This document shows positions 8,261 to 18,922 of a stretch of DNA of 64,000 nucleotides, in pieces. This DNA comes from an uncultured Candidatus Saccharibacteria bacterium (GTDB lineage Bacteria > Patescibacteriota > Minisyncoccia > Phycocordibacterales > CSBR16-119). Within the stretch, counting starts at the first letter, position 1; each line of letters starts with the position of its first letter. Position numbers and translations under genes: made by a program. The notes under the pieces are model-generated. The model was not told the DNA's origin. It worked only from the letters and a program-made list of their open reading frames with translations, and made no database searches. Where the stretch lies: the NCBI GenBank assembly GCA_964490365.1, contig CAZBAG010000002.1, positions 73,486 to 137,485 of the forward strand, written 5' to 3'.

Positions 8261-9986
8261 ATACAGGTGCCTCGTTCTCTAATTTTATTTCTTCATAAAT
8301 ATCTACAGACTTCTTCACTTCTTCAATCGTGGTTACACCGATTACTGCTTTGATCAGTCCATCTTCTTTCATATCGAGTATTCCTTGCTTACTTGCGATT
8401 GATTTAATTTCGTCTTCACTTGGGTTTATGGGCATCGCATCAATGATCGCTTTATCAGAAAGAATTGCTTCAAAAATACCAATACGTCCTTTGTATCCGA
8501 TATTGTTGCATTTGTTGCAGCCAACCGCTTCCCATAGTTCAATTGCTTGATCTGCTTTCACACCATATGAAGCTAAATCTTTTCCAAGTGCTGCGGCAGA
8601 CTTCAATACTTTTTGAATAATTTCTTTTTCCTCCTGTGTTACATCTCGTTTCTTTTTACAGTGTGGGCATAATTTTCTTACGAGTCGTTGAGCAATCGAC
8701 AAAGAGAGGGCAGAGGCTAAGATCTTTGGGTTTACGCCGAGGTCGATAAGCCTCGGTACTGCTCCGGCAGCATTGTTCGTGTGAAGAGTTGAGAACACCA
8801 TGTGTCCAGTGAGCGATGACTCAACTGCAATCTTTGCTGTTTCACCATCTCGAATTTCTCCCACCATGATAACGTCTGGATCTTGTCGGAGCGCACTGCG
8901 TAACCCTTCGAGAAATCCGTACCCTTTTTTGTGATCTGTTTGAGTTTGGGTGATGCCTTCTAGGTGGTATTCAATAGGGTTTTCTATGGTTAGAATCTTA
9001 ATTTCAGCAGAATAGATTCTTTGTAAAAAGGTATATAAACTGGTTGTTTTTCCGCTTCCTGTTGGGCCGGTGATAATAATCAGTCCATTTGGTTTTGCGA
9101 TCTCTCGCTCGATGATGCTAAACAATTTTTTTTCAATACCGAGCTCTTCCATCGGCACCATAATCGACTGGGGGTTCAAAAGTCGCATCACAATACCTTC
9201 TCCATATGCTCCTGGTATCACCGATGTTCTCATCGACACCTCGTATTCATTTAACCAAATAGAAAAACGTCCATCTTGTGCTTGGTTCTTTGAAAGTTTT
9301 AATCCTGAAACTAATTTTATTCTTGAGTTGATAAGATTATATGTTTTTTCGTCGAGACGTAGTACTTCATGAAGGATTCCATCGAGACGTATTCGTACTT
9401 GCACGTGGTCTTCTTCTGGCTCAATGTGTACGTCAGATGCTTTCAGTGCAATCGCTCCAGCAAAAATTACTTCAATAATTTTAGAAATCTTATGAGTTGA
9501 TGTTGTGTCGGTGATTGTTTGAACTTGCTCTTCAATATCTTCAAGTTTTTTAATTTTTTCTGCAGTCTTTAAAAGTGTTTCTCCAGAAATACTCAAACTT
9601 CCTGCCTTTAATTTCTCAGCCTGCGACACTTCTTGATATCTGTCCCATACTTTCTCAAGACTTTTTTTTGAAGCCATGAAATAAATAACTTTGTAACCCT
9701 TACGTTCAAGTGTTTTTTTAAGATTCAACACTTCCATGCGTTCTGGGGCGTGCACGGCAATCAAAACCTTTTTTCCTGCAATATTAAAGGGTGCAACCTC
9801 AATTTCTCGTGCTTCGTCTTCAGAAACCGTCTTTAAGGCGTCGTTTTCGATAACCACTTTTGTGAGATCGATATAGGGAACATGGTATTTTGTGGTGGCG
9901 AGCGTTTTTGCCAAATCCTCCTCTTCGGTTATTCGAAGAAGATCGATCTGTTTTTGTTGTTTATCTTCATTAAATAGCACGTTCAT
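8259..9986 (-). CDS. Type IV pilus/T2SS assembly ATPase (GspE/PilB family)
   Basis: ASDVHIEP, GPTGSGKTT, LRQDPDVIMVGEIRD, TGHMVFSTLHTN, CxxC zinc motifs. Confidence 0.95.
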   Translation of the reverse strand: MNVLFNEDKQQKQIDLLRITEEEDLAKTLATTKYHVPYIDLTKVVIENDALKTVSEDEAREIEVAPFNIAGKKVLIAVHAPERMEVLNLKKTLERKGYKVIYFMASKKSLEKVWDRYQEVSQAEKLKAGSLSISGETLLKTAEKIKKLEDIEEQVQTITDTTSTHKISKIIEVIFAGAIALKASDVHIEPEEDHVQVRIRLDGILHEVLRLDEKTYNLINSRIKLVSGLKLSKNQAQDGRFSIWLNEYEVSMRTSVIPGAYGEGIVMRLLNPQSIMVPMEELGIEKKLFSIIEREIAKPNGLIIITGPTGSGKTTSLYTFLQRIYSAEIKILTIENPIEYHLEGITQTQTDHKKGYGFLEGLRSALRQDPDVIMVGEIRDGETAKIAVESSLTGHMVFSTLHTNNAAGAVPRLIDLGVNPKILASALSLSIAQRLVRKLCPHCKKKRDVTQEEKEIIQKVLKSAAALGKDLASYGVKADQAIELWEAVGCNKCNNIGYKGRIGIFEAILSDKAIIDAMPINPSEDEIKSIASKQGILDMKEDGLIKAVIGVTTIEEVKKSVDIYEEIKLENEAPV

Positions 9987-10078
9987 ACTGGGTTAAGTAT
10001 ACTCCATAGGTCAAGAAATACCATATTTTATAAGGGGAAAATCGTTTATGTGGGCTCTGGGAGGGTTAGGTAAAGTAC

Positions 10079-10107
10079 TTGACAAAAATGCTTGAATATG
10101 CTATATT
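10079..10107 (+). promoter_or_regulatory. Sigma70 promoter
   Basis: TTGACA-17bp-TATATT with extended TG. Confidence 0.7.
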
Positions 10108-10175
10108 GTACACAGAAATGAGTCTTGGACTCAGACAAACAGAAACTAAAGCAATCACGATAAAACCCAAGAACC

Positions 10176-12068
10176 ATGAAGAAGTACCTTGTCATTTTCT
10201 TCGCGATAGTGAGGTTGGCATTGCCAGCCTTCTCGCAACAGGAGCTTTCTTACGAACAGTTCCAAAAGGTGAAAGAGGTCATTAAGGCCTCTCCCCAGAT
10301 GGAGTTCACAGAGGGTTATGCGACGAAGTTGAACATCAACAGTGTCAGTGATGACCACTGGAAGATGATCATTTCCAACCCTAATTACACGCAAGAGCAG
10401 AATCTGACTGGAGCATTCGAACTGATTGACCTTGCCAATGCCACGTCGGTGAAGGTATGGGACACCACTTTGACAGTTTTCGTATCTGACCTCTCTCTGG
10501 CATGGGAGACACGAGAAGGTGCGCCTGTTGAAGATCCTCGCTTCCGGATTCCAACCTATGAGGTTGGTACGAAGAAGATCATCAAGTCGTATACACTTGC
10601 CGGCGATACTGAAAAGACCCAAGAGCAATCTGAAGTCCTTGCAGAAAATGCCAGCACTACGACCCAAGAAGGATCTTCTGTGTCTACTAATTCTACCTCG
10701 TCTACAACAGCGGCGTCCGACAGCGTAAAAACCCCCGAACTTGTTCGCAAGGACAATCTTGGGAAGCGTGATGTGCTCAGCTTCTACAACCCGGCAACGG
10801 GCATGTATGAGGTGGCATATGATGGTCGTCGCTCACGTTGGCCATATCGTGATGACATGTCATGGAAGACCCGCAACGGTTTCTATGATGGTGGCTACGG
10901 ACTGATGCCAGTTGCATCTACCTTCTATCCTTCTTACAACTACGGTTTCCCAATGGGAGGCGGTGGATGGGGAGCTGGTTTTGGAGGTGGTTGCTATGGT
11001 GGAGGGTTCTCTGCTGGATTCAGCCTTGATTTTGGCTGGACCAGCGGCTGCAGTTATGCAAACCCTTACTATATGATGCCGAATCGCTACTCATCTGGGG
11101 GTGCCGCCATTTGGAATGGTTACACTCATGTGGGTATCGACTGGATCGGATCCGGCGTTGGTTGGAGTGCTGGTGGAAGCAATGGTTATTGGTACGATGA
11201 TGGCTGTGGTGGATGCAAATCCAACCAAGTTGCAAGTGCTGACACCTACGTTTCTGAAGCTGACAACAGCTACTACGCTGAAACTTCTGGAGGTGCAAAA
11301 TCTCTTCCCAATGCTCAACAGCAGCAAGAAGAGGTATTCACTTCTGTAGGGGTTTCGAAATTCTTGGCGAACGAAGATGTAGCGAAAGCTGCACCTGCAC
11401 GCGAGAATAACCAGTCGAAGGCTGCTCCGGTTACAACTGAAAATCGCATGAGCGATATTCCTACAACTCGCAGTGCTCAAGGGGAAGCATCTTCTCGGAC
11501 TACCGATCGTACCGAAGCACATGCTGAGGTCGGCAATCGTTTCCAAGATGTTGCTCCTACGCGCAAAGCACCTGCACCAACTGCGATGATTGAAGAGAAA
11601 CCTCGCAACTCGAGTAACTCTTCATTACGTGGTTCGCAGGATGTAAAACCTGGTCGTCATAATCCGGCTATCTCACAAGGTGGTCGCAGTGGTAACACTG
11701 CTCGTGACACTAGAAATACTTCGGCTCGCGCACAGCAAGATCCGAAGCCTGGACGCACTCGCAATGCAAGTGTGACCCCATCGACGAATCATCGAACAAC
11801 TACTGCTCCTCCGCAAACAACTCGTAGGTCAAACCCTGCCCCTCATATTGGGCAGAAACCTATGAACAATGGCGGTGGCAGGACAGTAAGTGCTCCTGCG
11901 GGACAAAACCGTGGACCGGTAACGCGTCCTACGCGTACCCAAAGGTCAAATTCGTCAGTTGGCGGAAAACAGCCGATGCGTTCTGCACCTGTGCGACAAG
12001 CGAACCCTCAAATGCGCCAAAAGCCAATGCGCTCTGCGCCGGCTCCTCGCGTACGGAAGGGTCGCTAA
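10176..12068 (+). CDS. Secreted low-complexity protein (Gly/Tyr/Trp-rich core, basic disordered tail)
   Basis: Signal peptide ending AFS-Q; 630-aa ORF with its own promoter; visibly higher GC than flanks. Confidence 0.75.
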   Translation: MKKYLVIFFAIVRLALPAFSQQELSYEQFQKVKEVIKASPQMEFTEGYATKLNINSVSDDHWKMIISNPNYTQEQNLTGAFELIDLANATSVKVWDTTLTVFVSDLSLAWETREGAPVEDPRFRIPTYEVGTKKIIKSYTLAGDTEKTQEQSEVLAENASTTTQEGSSVSTNSTSSTTAASDSVKTPELVRKDNLGKRDVLSFYNPATGMYEVAYDGRRSRWPYRDDMSWKTRNGFYDGGYGLMPVASTFYPSYNYGFPMGGGGWGAGFGGGCYGGGFSAGFSLDFGWTSGCSYANPYYMMPNRYSSGGAAIWNGYTHVGIDWIGSGVGWSAGGSNGYWYDDGCGGCKSNQVASADTYVSEADNSYYAETSGGAKSLPNAQQQQEEVFTSVGVSKFLANEDVAKAAPARENNQSKAAPVTTENRMSDIPTTRSAQGEASSRTTDRTEAHAEVGNRFQDVAPTRKAPAPTAMIEEKPRNSSNSSLRGSQDVKPGRHNPAISQGGRSGNTARDTRNTSARAQQDPKPGRTRNASVTPSTNHRTTTAPPQTTRRSNPAPHIGQKPMNNGGGRTVSAPAGQNRGPVTRPTRTQRSNSSVGGKQPMRSAPVRQANPQMRQKPMRSAPAPRVRKGR

Positions 12069-12232
12069 TCCGAAGAAAATAATGAAGTCCCCACTATATG
12101 GGGTTTGGGGGAGGTCAGAAACCTCCCCCTCATTATTAAGTCTTTAATAGAAATATTGAATATTTAAGAGTGAAATATCTGAAAAAACGTTATATTACAA
12201 GCTTTAGGATATAGCTTGAGTAAATATAAAGC

Positions 12233-12261
12233 TTGACAAAAATATTATAAAGTGATATAAT
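12233..12261 (+). promoter_or_regulatory. Consensus sigma70 promoter
   Basis: TTGACA-17bp-TATAAT with extended TG. Confidence 0.8.
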
Positions 12262-12309
12262 GTATATATTAAAAGTTTAGTAAACCTGTGAAAGCAGGAC
12301 ATACAATAT

Positions 12310-13797
12310 ATGAAAAACACAATCAAAAATACAACAATCGTGGCATTCGTACTGGTGTTCTCATTCTCTGGTTTCATAAACACAGCGTTTGCAGCACCAA
12401 ACGGAAACGCTACATTTTGGAATGGTGAAGAACTTGTTCCAATTTCATGGGACGGCTCATCAAATAATAATGGAGGAAATGACAACGATGATGATGACGA
12501 TAATGATAACGACGGAGATCAAGTCACAACTCTCTCAGCGACAAGTATTGATGAAGATTCAGCAGTGCTTCGAGGAGAAGTAACAAATGGAAGTAATGTA
12601 GATGTGTGGTTTGTTATCGATGATAGCGACTCAACACCTTCATGTTCTGACGATGATCTCGAAGTAAGTGTTTCAGGAGACTTTGATGACGGAGATGATT
12701 TCTCACGAACAGTTTCTAATCTTGATGAAGATGAAACATATTATTTCCGAGCGTGTACGAACGATGACCCTGGCTCAGTTCGATCATTTACAACCGACGA
12801 TGATAATGGTAACAATAATAATGACGACGATGACGATAGTGATGACAACGACAACGGAAACAATGATGAAGGTAATGTTGTAGCGTACACAAGTATTGCA
12901 ACCAATGTTACAACAAGTTCAGCGTTTCTCAACGGTGTGTCAGTTATCAATGAAGGAGGTTCTGGAAATGCATGGTTCGAATATGGTCTTACAACAGCTC
13001 TTGGTGAACGAACACCAAATCAGTCTGTTGGTAGCGGATCAAACAATGTTTCTCGACAAATTCTTAATCTTTCGCCACGAACTCCATATTATTTCAGAAT
13101 GGTTGTTCAAAACAGTGAGGGAACAGACGCAGGAGATATCTCTACATTTACAACTGGTGGTTTCTCAACAACAAACACAGGAACAACACCAAAACCTACA
13201 GGAACGACAACAACATCAGTAACAACAACTAGTGCTGTGTTTCTAGGTCTTGATATTGAATCAAACCTCGACACTGTGTCTGTTGGAGATATTGTTACCT
13301 ATACGGTTTCGTATAAAAACATTTCAGGAAAAGATCTGAAAAATGTGATTATGCAAGTTACACTTCCATACGAAGTAGCATTTCAAAAATCTACTATTGG
13401 TGGATACTCGAAACCAACACACACCGTAACAGTAACCGTTGAAACTCTTCCAAAAGATGTTAAAGGTGAATTTGTGGTGGTCGGTGAAGTTCTAAAGACT
13501 GCTCGAGGATCATCAATCCTTATTGCATCACTCCTTGGAATTCATGATCATCCAACAATCGCCGATGCGAAAGTTGATTCACTCAGTTATTCAATTATTG
13601 AAGTTGACCTGGGGAATGCAAGTCAATCTGCAAACTCAGTATTTGCAGGGACATTCTTCCCAACATCATTTATTGGATGGCTTCTGATTGTTCTGATCAT
13701 CTTCCTTATCATTCTTATTGCCCGAAAAATGGCAAAGGATAAAGAGGAACGAGAAGAACAAAAAAAGAAAGAAGAAGGAATTAAAATAGCAAAATAA
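12310..13797 (+). CDS. Cell-surface protein with FN3-like repeats, DUF11-like domain and C-terminal TM anchor
   Basis: Signal peptide, D/N-rich linkers, TxYYFR repeats, VGDIVTYTVSYKN (DUF11-like), C-terminal TM and charged tail. Confidence 0.8.
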   Translation: MKNTIKNTTIVAFVLVFSFSGFINTAFAAPNGNATFWNGEELVPISWDGSSNNNGGNDNDDDDDNDNDGDQVTTLSATSIDEDSAVLRGEVTNGSNVDVWFVIDDSDSTPSCSDDDLEVSVSGDFDDGDDFSRTVSNLDEDETYYFRACTNDDPGSVRSFTTDDDNGNNNNDDDDDSDDNDNGNNDEGNVVAYTSIATNVTTSSAFLNGVSVINEGGSGNAWFEYGLTTALGERTPNQSVGSGSNNVSRQILNLSPRTPYYFRMVVQNSEGTDAGDISTFTTGGFSTTNTGTTPKPTGTTTTSVTTTSAVFLGLDIESNLDTVSVGDIVTYTVSYKNISGKDLKNVIMQVTLPYEVAFQKSTIGGYSKPTHTVTVTVETLPKDVKGEFVVVGEVLKTARGSSILIASLLGIHDHPTIADAKVDSLSYSIIEVDLGNASQSANSVFAGTFFPTSFIGWLLIVLIIFLIILIARKMAKDKEEREEQKKKEEGIKIAK

Positions 13798-13836
13798 ATA
13801 CATCAAAACCCCCGCAATGCGGGGGTTTTGATGTAT
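13798..13836. terminator. Intrinsic terminator
   Basis: ATACATCAAAACCCCCGCA/TGCGGGGGTTTTGATGTAT. Confidence 0.85.
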
Positions 13837-13850
13837 GGTAAAATAGGCTC

Positions 13851-14312
13851 ATGATATACAAAAGTGTGTCGGAGCAGGAAACAAAAGAAGCGGCAAAAGC
13901 TATCATTCAAAAGATTCTAGAAGCTAAAAAAACAGGGCCTATTTTTGTTGGGCTTATTGGTGACCTTGGAGCGGGTAAAACAACGTTTATGAAAGGTGTC
14001 GCTGAATTTTTTAGTGTTACCGAAGCTATACAAAGTCCCACTTTTGTTATTCAAAAAATCTATCCGATTTCAGAAGAAAATAGACACGAGAAACATCATA
14101 CATTTACACAGCTCATACATATGGATATGTATAGACTTGAGTCTGAAGATGCGCTTCGTGCACTTGCTTGGGAAGACTACAAAAATAACAAAGAGCACAT
14201 ACTCTGCGTAGAATGGCCGAATCAGTTGTGGGAAACGAACCCAGAAGAAATGATACCTGTAACCATAGAACACGATGACCATGAAACACGAATAATTACA
14301 TATCATGAATAA
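13851..14312 (+). CDS. tsaE: t6A biosynthesis ATPase TsaE
   Basis: GDLGAGKTT, SPTFVI, HMDMYRL, VEW. Confidence 0.95.
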   Translation: MIYKSVSEQETKEAAKAIIQKILEAKKTGPIFVGLIGDLGAGKTTFMKGVAEFFSVTEAIQSPTFVIQKIYPISEENRHEKHHTFTQLIHMDMYRLESEDALRALAWEDYKNNKEHILCVEWPNQLWETNPEEMIPVTIEHDDHETRIITYHE

Positions 14313-16674
14313 AACACAGAAAAAAAGAATAGTTCTTCTCGACACGCATGCAATTATTCACCGTGCGTATCATGCATTGCCTGACTTTTCTACTTCAAGT
14401 GGCGAACCAACAGGCGCGCTTTATGGTCTCTCTACAATGATCCTCACACTTATTCAAACACTCAATCCAGACTATATTATTGCTTGTTACGATATGCCGG
14501 GGGGGACATTCAGAAGTGTGGCGACTCCAACCTATAAGGCCAATCGAAAGAAAAACGACGATGAGCTCAACGATCAGATTAAAAAATCTCGTGGACTTAT
14601 GGATGCGTTTGGAATTCCTTACTACGAAAAGAAAGGCTATGAAGCAGACGATTTACTTGGAACGTTGTCTGAAATTCTGAAGAAAGACGGAGATAATGAA
14701 GTGATTATTTCTTCAGGAGATATGGATACCTTGCAACTCGTTGATAAAAAACAAGTGCAAGTATTTACTCTAAAACGTGGACTCACTGACACTGTGCTCT
14801 ACGATGAAAAAGCAGTGAAAGATCGTTTTGGGTTTGGTCCAAAATTATTACCAGACTACAAAGGTCTTCGAGGTGATCCATCAGACAATATTATTGGTAT
14901 TGCTGGTATTGGAGAAAAAACAGCAACAACACTGATCACTGAATTCGGAACCATCCAAGATATTTATAAAAAATTAAAAAAAGATAAAGAAGCTTTTAAA
15001 AAAGCGGGAATAACAGATCGTATTGTGAAACTTCTCGAAGAGGGTGAAGAAGAAGCTCTTTTTTCAAAAACACTCGCAACTATCGTGAGAGATGTTCCTG
15101 TTTCATTTGCATTACCAGAAAAGAAGTGGAGAGAAGACGTGCAACTAGAAAATATAGAAAAGTTCTGTACTCAATTTGAATTTAAAAGCTTACCATCACG
15201 ATTTAGAAAAATTTTGACAGGTGAAGTGGTGCCAGAGAAAGTGGAAGAGGAAAAAGAAATCAATGTTTCTAAAGAAGAAATTCGCAAGGTGTCTATTGCT
15301 TTGTGGCTCATTGATTCAGAAAAAACAAATCCAAAAATTGATGATATTTTGCAGTTTGGTAAAACAAAAGATTTTGATGAGGCAAAGAAAAGTATTTGGA
15401 AAGAAGTGAAAAAAAGAAATCTAGAAAAAGTTTATGAGGAGATTGAAGCGCCAATCATTCCTGTTATTCAAAAAATGGAAGATCGAGGAGTACGTCTTGA
15501 TACACAATATCTAAAAACACTGAGTGTTGACTATCACAAGAAACTAGAAGCGTTAGAAAAAGAAATACACGCATTTGCAGGAGAAGAGTTTAATATTAAA
15601 TCTCCAAAACAGCTTTCTGAAATTCTTTTTACAAAATTAGGTTTACCAACAAAAGGTATTAAAAAATCTGCGACAGGTGGTTATTCAACAGATATTTCTA
15701 CACTTGAAAAGCTAGAAGATGATCACGAGATCATTAAAAAGATTATTGATTTTCGTGAATTGCAAAAACTTCTCTCAACATATATCGATGTCTTGCCTGA
15801 CTTGGTGAAAGAAGATGGACGTCTTCATGCTGAGTTTATTCAACATGGATCTTCAACGGGAAGGTTCTCTTCAAACAATCCAAACCTTCAAAACATTCCA
15901 ACAAGAAGTGAGCTTGGTCGAGTGATTCGAAATGCTTTTGTGGCAGCTCCAGGCTGGAAGCTTATCTCGTTTGACTATTCTCAAATTGAACTTCGTATTG
16001 CAGCTATGTTTGCCGCGGACGACTACATGATTAAAACTTTTAACGAAGGAAAAGATATTCATGCTGCCGTTGCCGCCAAGGTGTTTAATGTAAGAGAAGA
16101 TAAGGTTGATCGAGAGATGCGAAGAATGGCAAAGATTATAAACTTTGGAATTCTCTACGGTATGGGAGTGCTCGCTTTAAAGAAAAATATCGGCACAACA
16201 AAAGAAGAGGCGCAAAAGTTTTATGATGAATATTTTGAACAATTTAGTTCGATTAAAAACTATTTGGATGATACGAAAAATTTTGTAAGAAAATTCGGTT
16301 ACACTGAAACATTATTTAAACGTCGTCGATATTTTGGGGGTATTAACTCCACACTTCCTTTTATTCGTGCCATGGCAGAACGTATGGCGATCAATGCACC
16401 TATCCAAGGAACTTCAGCCGATATTATTAAACTTGCTATGAAGATGATCGACGACGTAATAGAAAAAGAAGGACTCTCTTCTTCCGTGTTTCCAATTTTA
16501 CAGATTCACGACGAACTTATTTATGAAGTAAAGGAAGATGTTGTTCAAAAAGTTGCCCCTATGATTGAAACTATAATGGAGCAGGTATTAGAAAATTCAT
16601 TCATCCATCACAAACCAGAAGTTCCACTCGACGTTAACTTTGCCGTGGGAGACAACTGGGGTGACCTTAAATAG
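14305..16674 (+). CDS. polA: DNA polymerase I (5'-3' exonuclease + polymerase; 3'-5' exo domain largely absent)
   Basis: EADD, GDPSDNI, TGRFSSNNPNLQNIP, DYSQIELR, INFGILYG, QIHDEL. Confidence 0.97.
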   Translation: MNKTQKKRIVLLDTHAIIHRAYHALPDFSTSSGEPTGALYGLSTMILTLIQTLNPDYIIACYDMPGGTFRSVATPTYKANRKKNDDELNDQIKKSRGLMDAFGIPYYEKKGYEADDLLGTLSEILKKDGDNEVIISSGDMDTLQLVDKKQVQVFTLKRGLTDTVLYDEKAVKDRFGFGPKLLPDYKGLRGDPSDNIIGIAGIGEKTATTLITEFGTIQDIYKKLKKDKEAFKKAGITDRIVKLLEEGEEEALFSKTLATIVRDVPVSFALPEKKWREDVQLENIEKFCTQFEFKSLPSRFRKILTGEVVPEKVEEEKEINVSKEEIRKVSIALWLIDSEKTNPKIDDILQFGKTKDFDEAKKSIWKEVKKRNLEKVYEEIEAPIIPVIQKMEDRGVRLDTQYLKTLSVDYHKKLEALEKEIHAFAGEEFNIKSPKQLSEILFTKLGLPTKGIKKSATGGYSTDISTLEKLEDDHEIIKKIIDFRELQKLLSTYIDVLPDLVKEDGRLHAEFIQHGSSTGRFSSNNPNLQNIPTRSELGRVIRNAFVAAPGWKLISFDYSQIELRIAAMFAADDYMIKTFNEGKDIHAAVAAKVFNVREDKVDREMRRMAKIINFGILYGMGVLALKKNIGTTKEEAQKFYDEYFEQFSSIKNYLDDTKNFVRKFGYTETLFKRRRYFGGINSTLPFIRAMAERMAINAPIQGTSADIIKLAMKMIDDVIEKEGLSSSVFPILQIHDELIYEVKEDVVQKVAPMIETIMEQVLENSFIHHKPEVPLDVNFAVGDNWGDLK

Positions 16675-16724
16675 AAATCAAGCTCGTTTATTTGCGAGTA
16701 GTAAATAAGTGCTATAATACACTC

Positions 16725-17192
16725 ATGGATAAAAATAGTGTTTCTCATTTAAGTTCATATTCAATATCAATATTTGCACTCGGTCTTTTTATTGGAGTAC
16801 TTCTCGATATTTTCTTTCCTATGAGATTTATGATGGAACCTCTTAATCAATATATCGGTCTTGGCCTTGTTGTTCTTGCGACTCTCGTTATCTATTCTGC
16901 TGAAAAGCACGGGGAAGAGTATTCGACCAAGCGAAAGTCAAATACCGTTTCTCATATTGAACACTTTTCTGCTGGACCATATAAATATACGAGAAATCCT
17001 AAATATCTAGGGCTTAGTTTCTTATTAATAGGTCTTGGGCTTATTTTAAACACTCCATTTATCATTGGAACATCAATTCTTTCTGGAATTATCGTAAATA
17101 TCTATTTTGTTGGCAAAGAAGAGGCGTTACTTGAACAAAGACATGGAGAATTGTATAAAGAGTATAAGAGTAAGGTCAGAAAATGGTTATAA
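16725..17192 (+). CDS. Isoprenylcysteine carboxyl methyltransferase-family membrane protein
   Basis: GPYKYTRNPKYLG, EEALL...Y.EY...VRKWL. Confidence 0.85.
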   Translation: MDKNSVSHLSSYSISIFALGLFIGVLLDIFFPMRFMMEPLNQYIGLGLVVLATLVIYSAEKHGEEYSTKRKSNTVSHIEHFSAGPYKYTRNPKYLGLSFLLIGLGLILNTPFIIGTSILSGIIVNIYFVGKEEALLEQRHGELYKEYKSKVRKWL

Positions 17193-17206
17193 TATAGGGA
17201 ATTATT

Positions 17207-17920
17207 GTGGTATTCATTTATTCGGGCAAAAACTTTGAAAAGAAAAAGAAAGCGTTTGAGTCAGATCTCAAGCGCTTTTCTGAATACGATAAGGTGTTTA
17301 TGGACGAACAAAGCTTTCAGTTCCCAGAATTTGAGAGTTATATAGATGGGAGAAGCTTATTTGGCAATAAAACAGCGATAATTCTAGACTCCGTACTAGA
17401 AAATGAGTCATATAGACGAGATATTTTAAAAAAAATGAAGGAATTACAAGCTTCGGCCAATGTTTTCTTCTTTCTTGAAGCGAATATTACAAAAACAGAC
17501 TTAAAACCTATAGAAAAAAAGGTTGAAGCTATTGAATTTTTTGATCTTATTACCAAAAAAGAAGAAAAATTCAATATTTTTAGTCTTACAGACGCTTTTG
17601 CAAAAAGAGATAAGAAAGAAACATGGGTTTTATTGCAAAAAGCACTGAGGAACAACGTTCCTGCGATGGACGTGGCAAATATACTTACCTGGTCAATTAA
17701 AAACCTGATTTTGGTAAAAGGGAAGACTGGAACTGATCAAGATATTAAAAAAACAGGCCTTAACCCTTTTGTGTTTAAGAAAACCGTAGGCTCTTCAAGG
17801 CTTTGGAATGAAGCCGACCTTAAAAAGGCTTTGCAAAATATAGTTTTTCTCTATCATGATGATCGCAGGGGTGAAAATCTGGCTGTGGATTTAGAGCTTT
17901 TTATCCTGAAAACCCTTTAA
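17207..17920 (+). CDS. holA: DNA polymerase III delta subunit-like (HolA, shortened)
   Basis: SLFGNK motif, NIFSLTDAF, GLNPFVFKK, C-terminal LELFIL. Confidence 0.7.
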   Translation: MVFIYSGKNFEKKKKAFESDLKRFSEYDKVFMDEQSFQFPEFESYIDGRSLFGNKTAIILDSVLENESYRRDILKKMKELQASANVFFFLEANITKTDLKPIEKKVEAIEFFDLITKKEEKFNIFSLTDAFAKRDKKETWVLLQKALRNNVPAMDVANILTWSIKNLILVKGKTGTDQDIKKTGLNPFVFKKTVGSSRLWNEADLKKALQNIVFLYHDDRRGENLAVDLELFILKTL

Positions 17921-17922
17921 TA

Positions 17923-18489
17923 TTAAAGATTCTCTACTAGTTCCAACCTTTCTTTAAGTGCTTGTATTTTTTCAGTATTTCTTGGCAACATCTCAAACTC
18001 ATCTGATTGCAACCTATCTTTTATTTCTGCAATCTGTCCTCTAATAGACGTTAAAAACCCTTTTAGATATTCAAAATCATCGTTTGCAAGAGCTAATGTT
18101 GTCGAGCTTAGTTTATTGTCAAAGAACCTAAGTCCTTTTTCTATGAAATTTCTGAGCTCGAAAAGGTTAAGACCTTGGATATAAATCGATTCTGTGATGT
18201 TATTTTCATGTAGAAAATCCAATATCATTTCTTCAGAGAGTCTGTTGATACCCTTTAGTTTTATTGATAAATCTCCCGCCTTTCTTAATATTTTTTTATA
18301 CTCACTATCAAGTAATTCTGGGTTTTCTTCGTTTCGAATCCTGTCTTTTAGGGCTAAAACAGTGATTTTTTTATATTCTGGATCTTCGCTACACTTTTTT
18401 ACTATAGGATTTGGATCAAAGCCCTCTAAATTAAGAAAATTACTGTAGTTTTTAAGCTCCAAGTCTTTATTTTCAGGTATTTTTTCCAT
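17923..18489 (-). CDS. Hypothetical protein
   Basis: Long ORF; TATAAT lies just before the ATG at 18489. Confidence 0.65.
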   Translation of the reverse strand: MEKIPENKDLELKNYSNFLNLEGFDPNPIVKKCSEDPEYKKITVLALKDRIRNEENPELLDSEYKKILRKAGDLSIKLKGINRLSEEMILDFLHENNITESIYIQGLNLFELRNFIEKGLRFFDNKLSSTTLALANDDFEYLKGFLTSIRGQIAEIKDRLQSDEFEMLPRNTEKIQALKERLELVENL

Positions 18490-18722
18490 TAAAAGTATTA
18501 TAGCATCTAAAAAATTATTAAAACCCCTCAAAAAACACAAGACCCGGCCAATGGGTCGGGTCTTCATCTAAAAAATTGTCGCCTATACGGCGTGTGACGA
18601 ATGGTTACGTCTAGGAAAGAACAAACTTCACTTCAAATGTACAAATCCACGATTATAGTCCGTCGACTAGATTGTATTTTGTTGTTGTCGCTCCCCTGTG
18701 CGAAGTTCTCCTCAGGCTTTTG

Positions 18723-18824
18723 TCATTCGAATGTTTGTAAGAATGTGATGATACGTATGTTGTATATTACCCTAAAAAGTGGGTGACTATGTATCTCGTG
18801 AAATTCTTCTAAATCTTCGAACAT
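18723..18824 (-). CDS. Putative leaderless 33-aa peptide (MFEDLEEFHEIHSHPLFRVIYNIRIITFLQTFE)
   Basis: TTGTCC-17-TATAAT promoter 4 nt upstream of ATG. Confidence 0.35.
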   Translation of the reverse strand: MFEDLEEFHEIHSHPLFRVIYNIRIITFLQTFE

Positions 18825-18922
18825 GTTTATTATACGAATAAAAGACATAAAGGACAAAATTGTTATTGTGGATAACTTATGTCCCTTACTTTTTCCATGA
18901 CAAAAAAGTAACAAAAACTCTA

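Noticed and set aside
12460-12870. GAT/GAC/AAT trinucleotide runs as contingency repeats
   Set aside because: Imperfect in-frame codon runs encoding D/N linkers.
18860-18880. DnaA box as a replication origin
   Set aside because: Single box with no cluster; oriC is more likely upstream of dnaN, outside the window.
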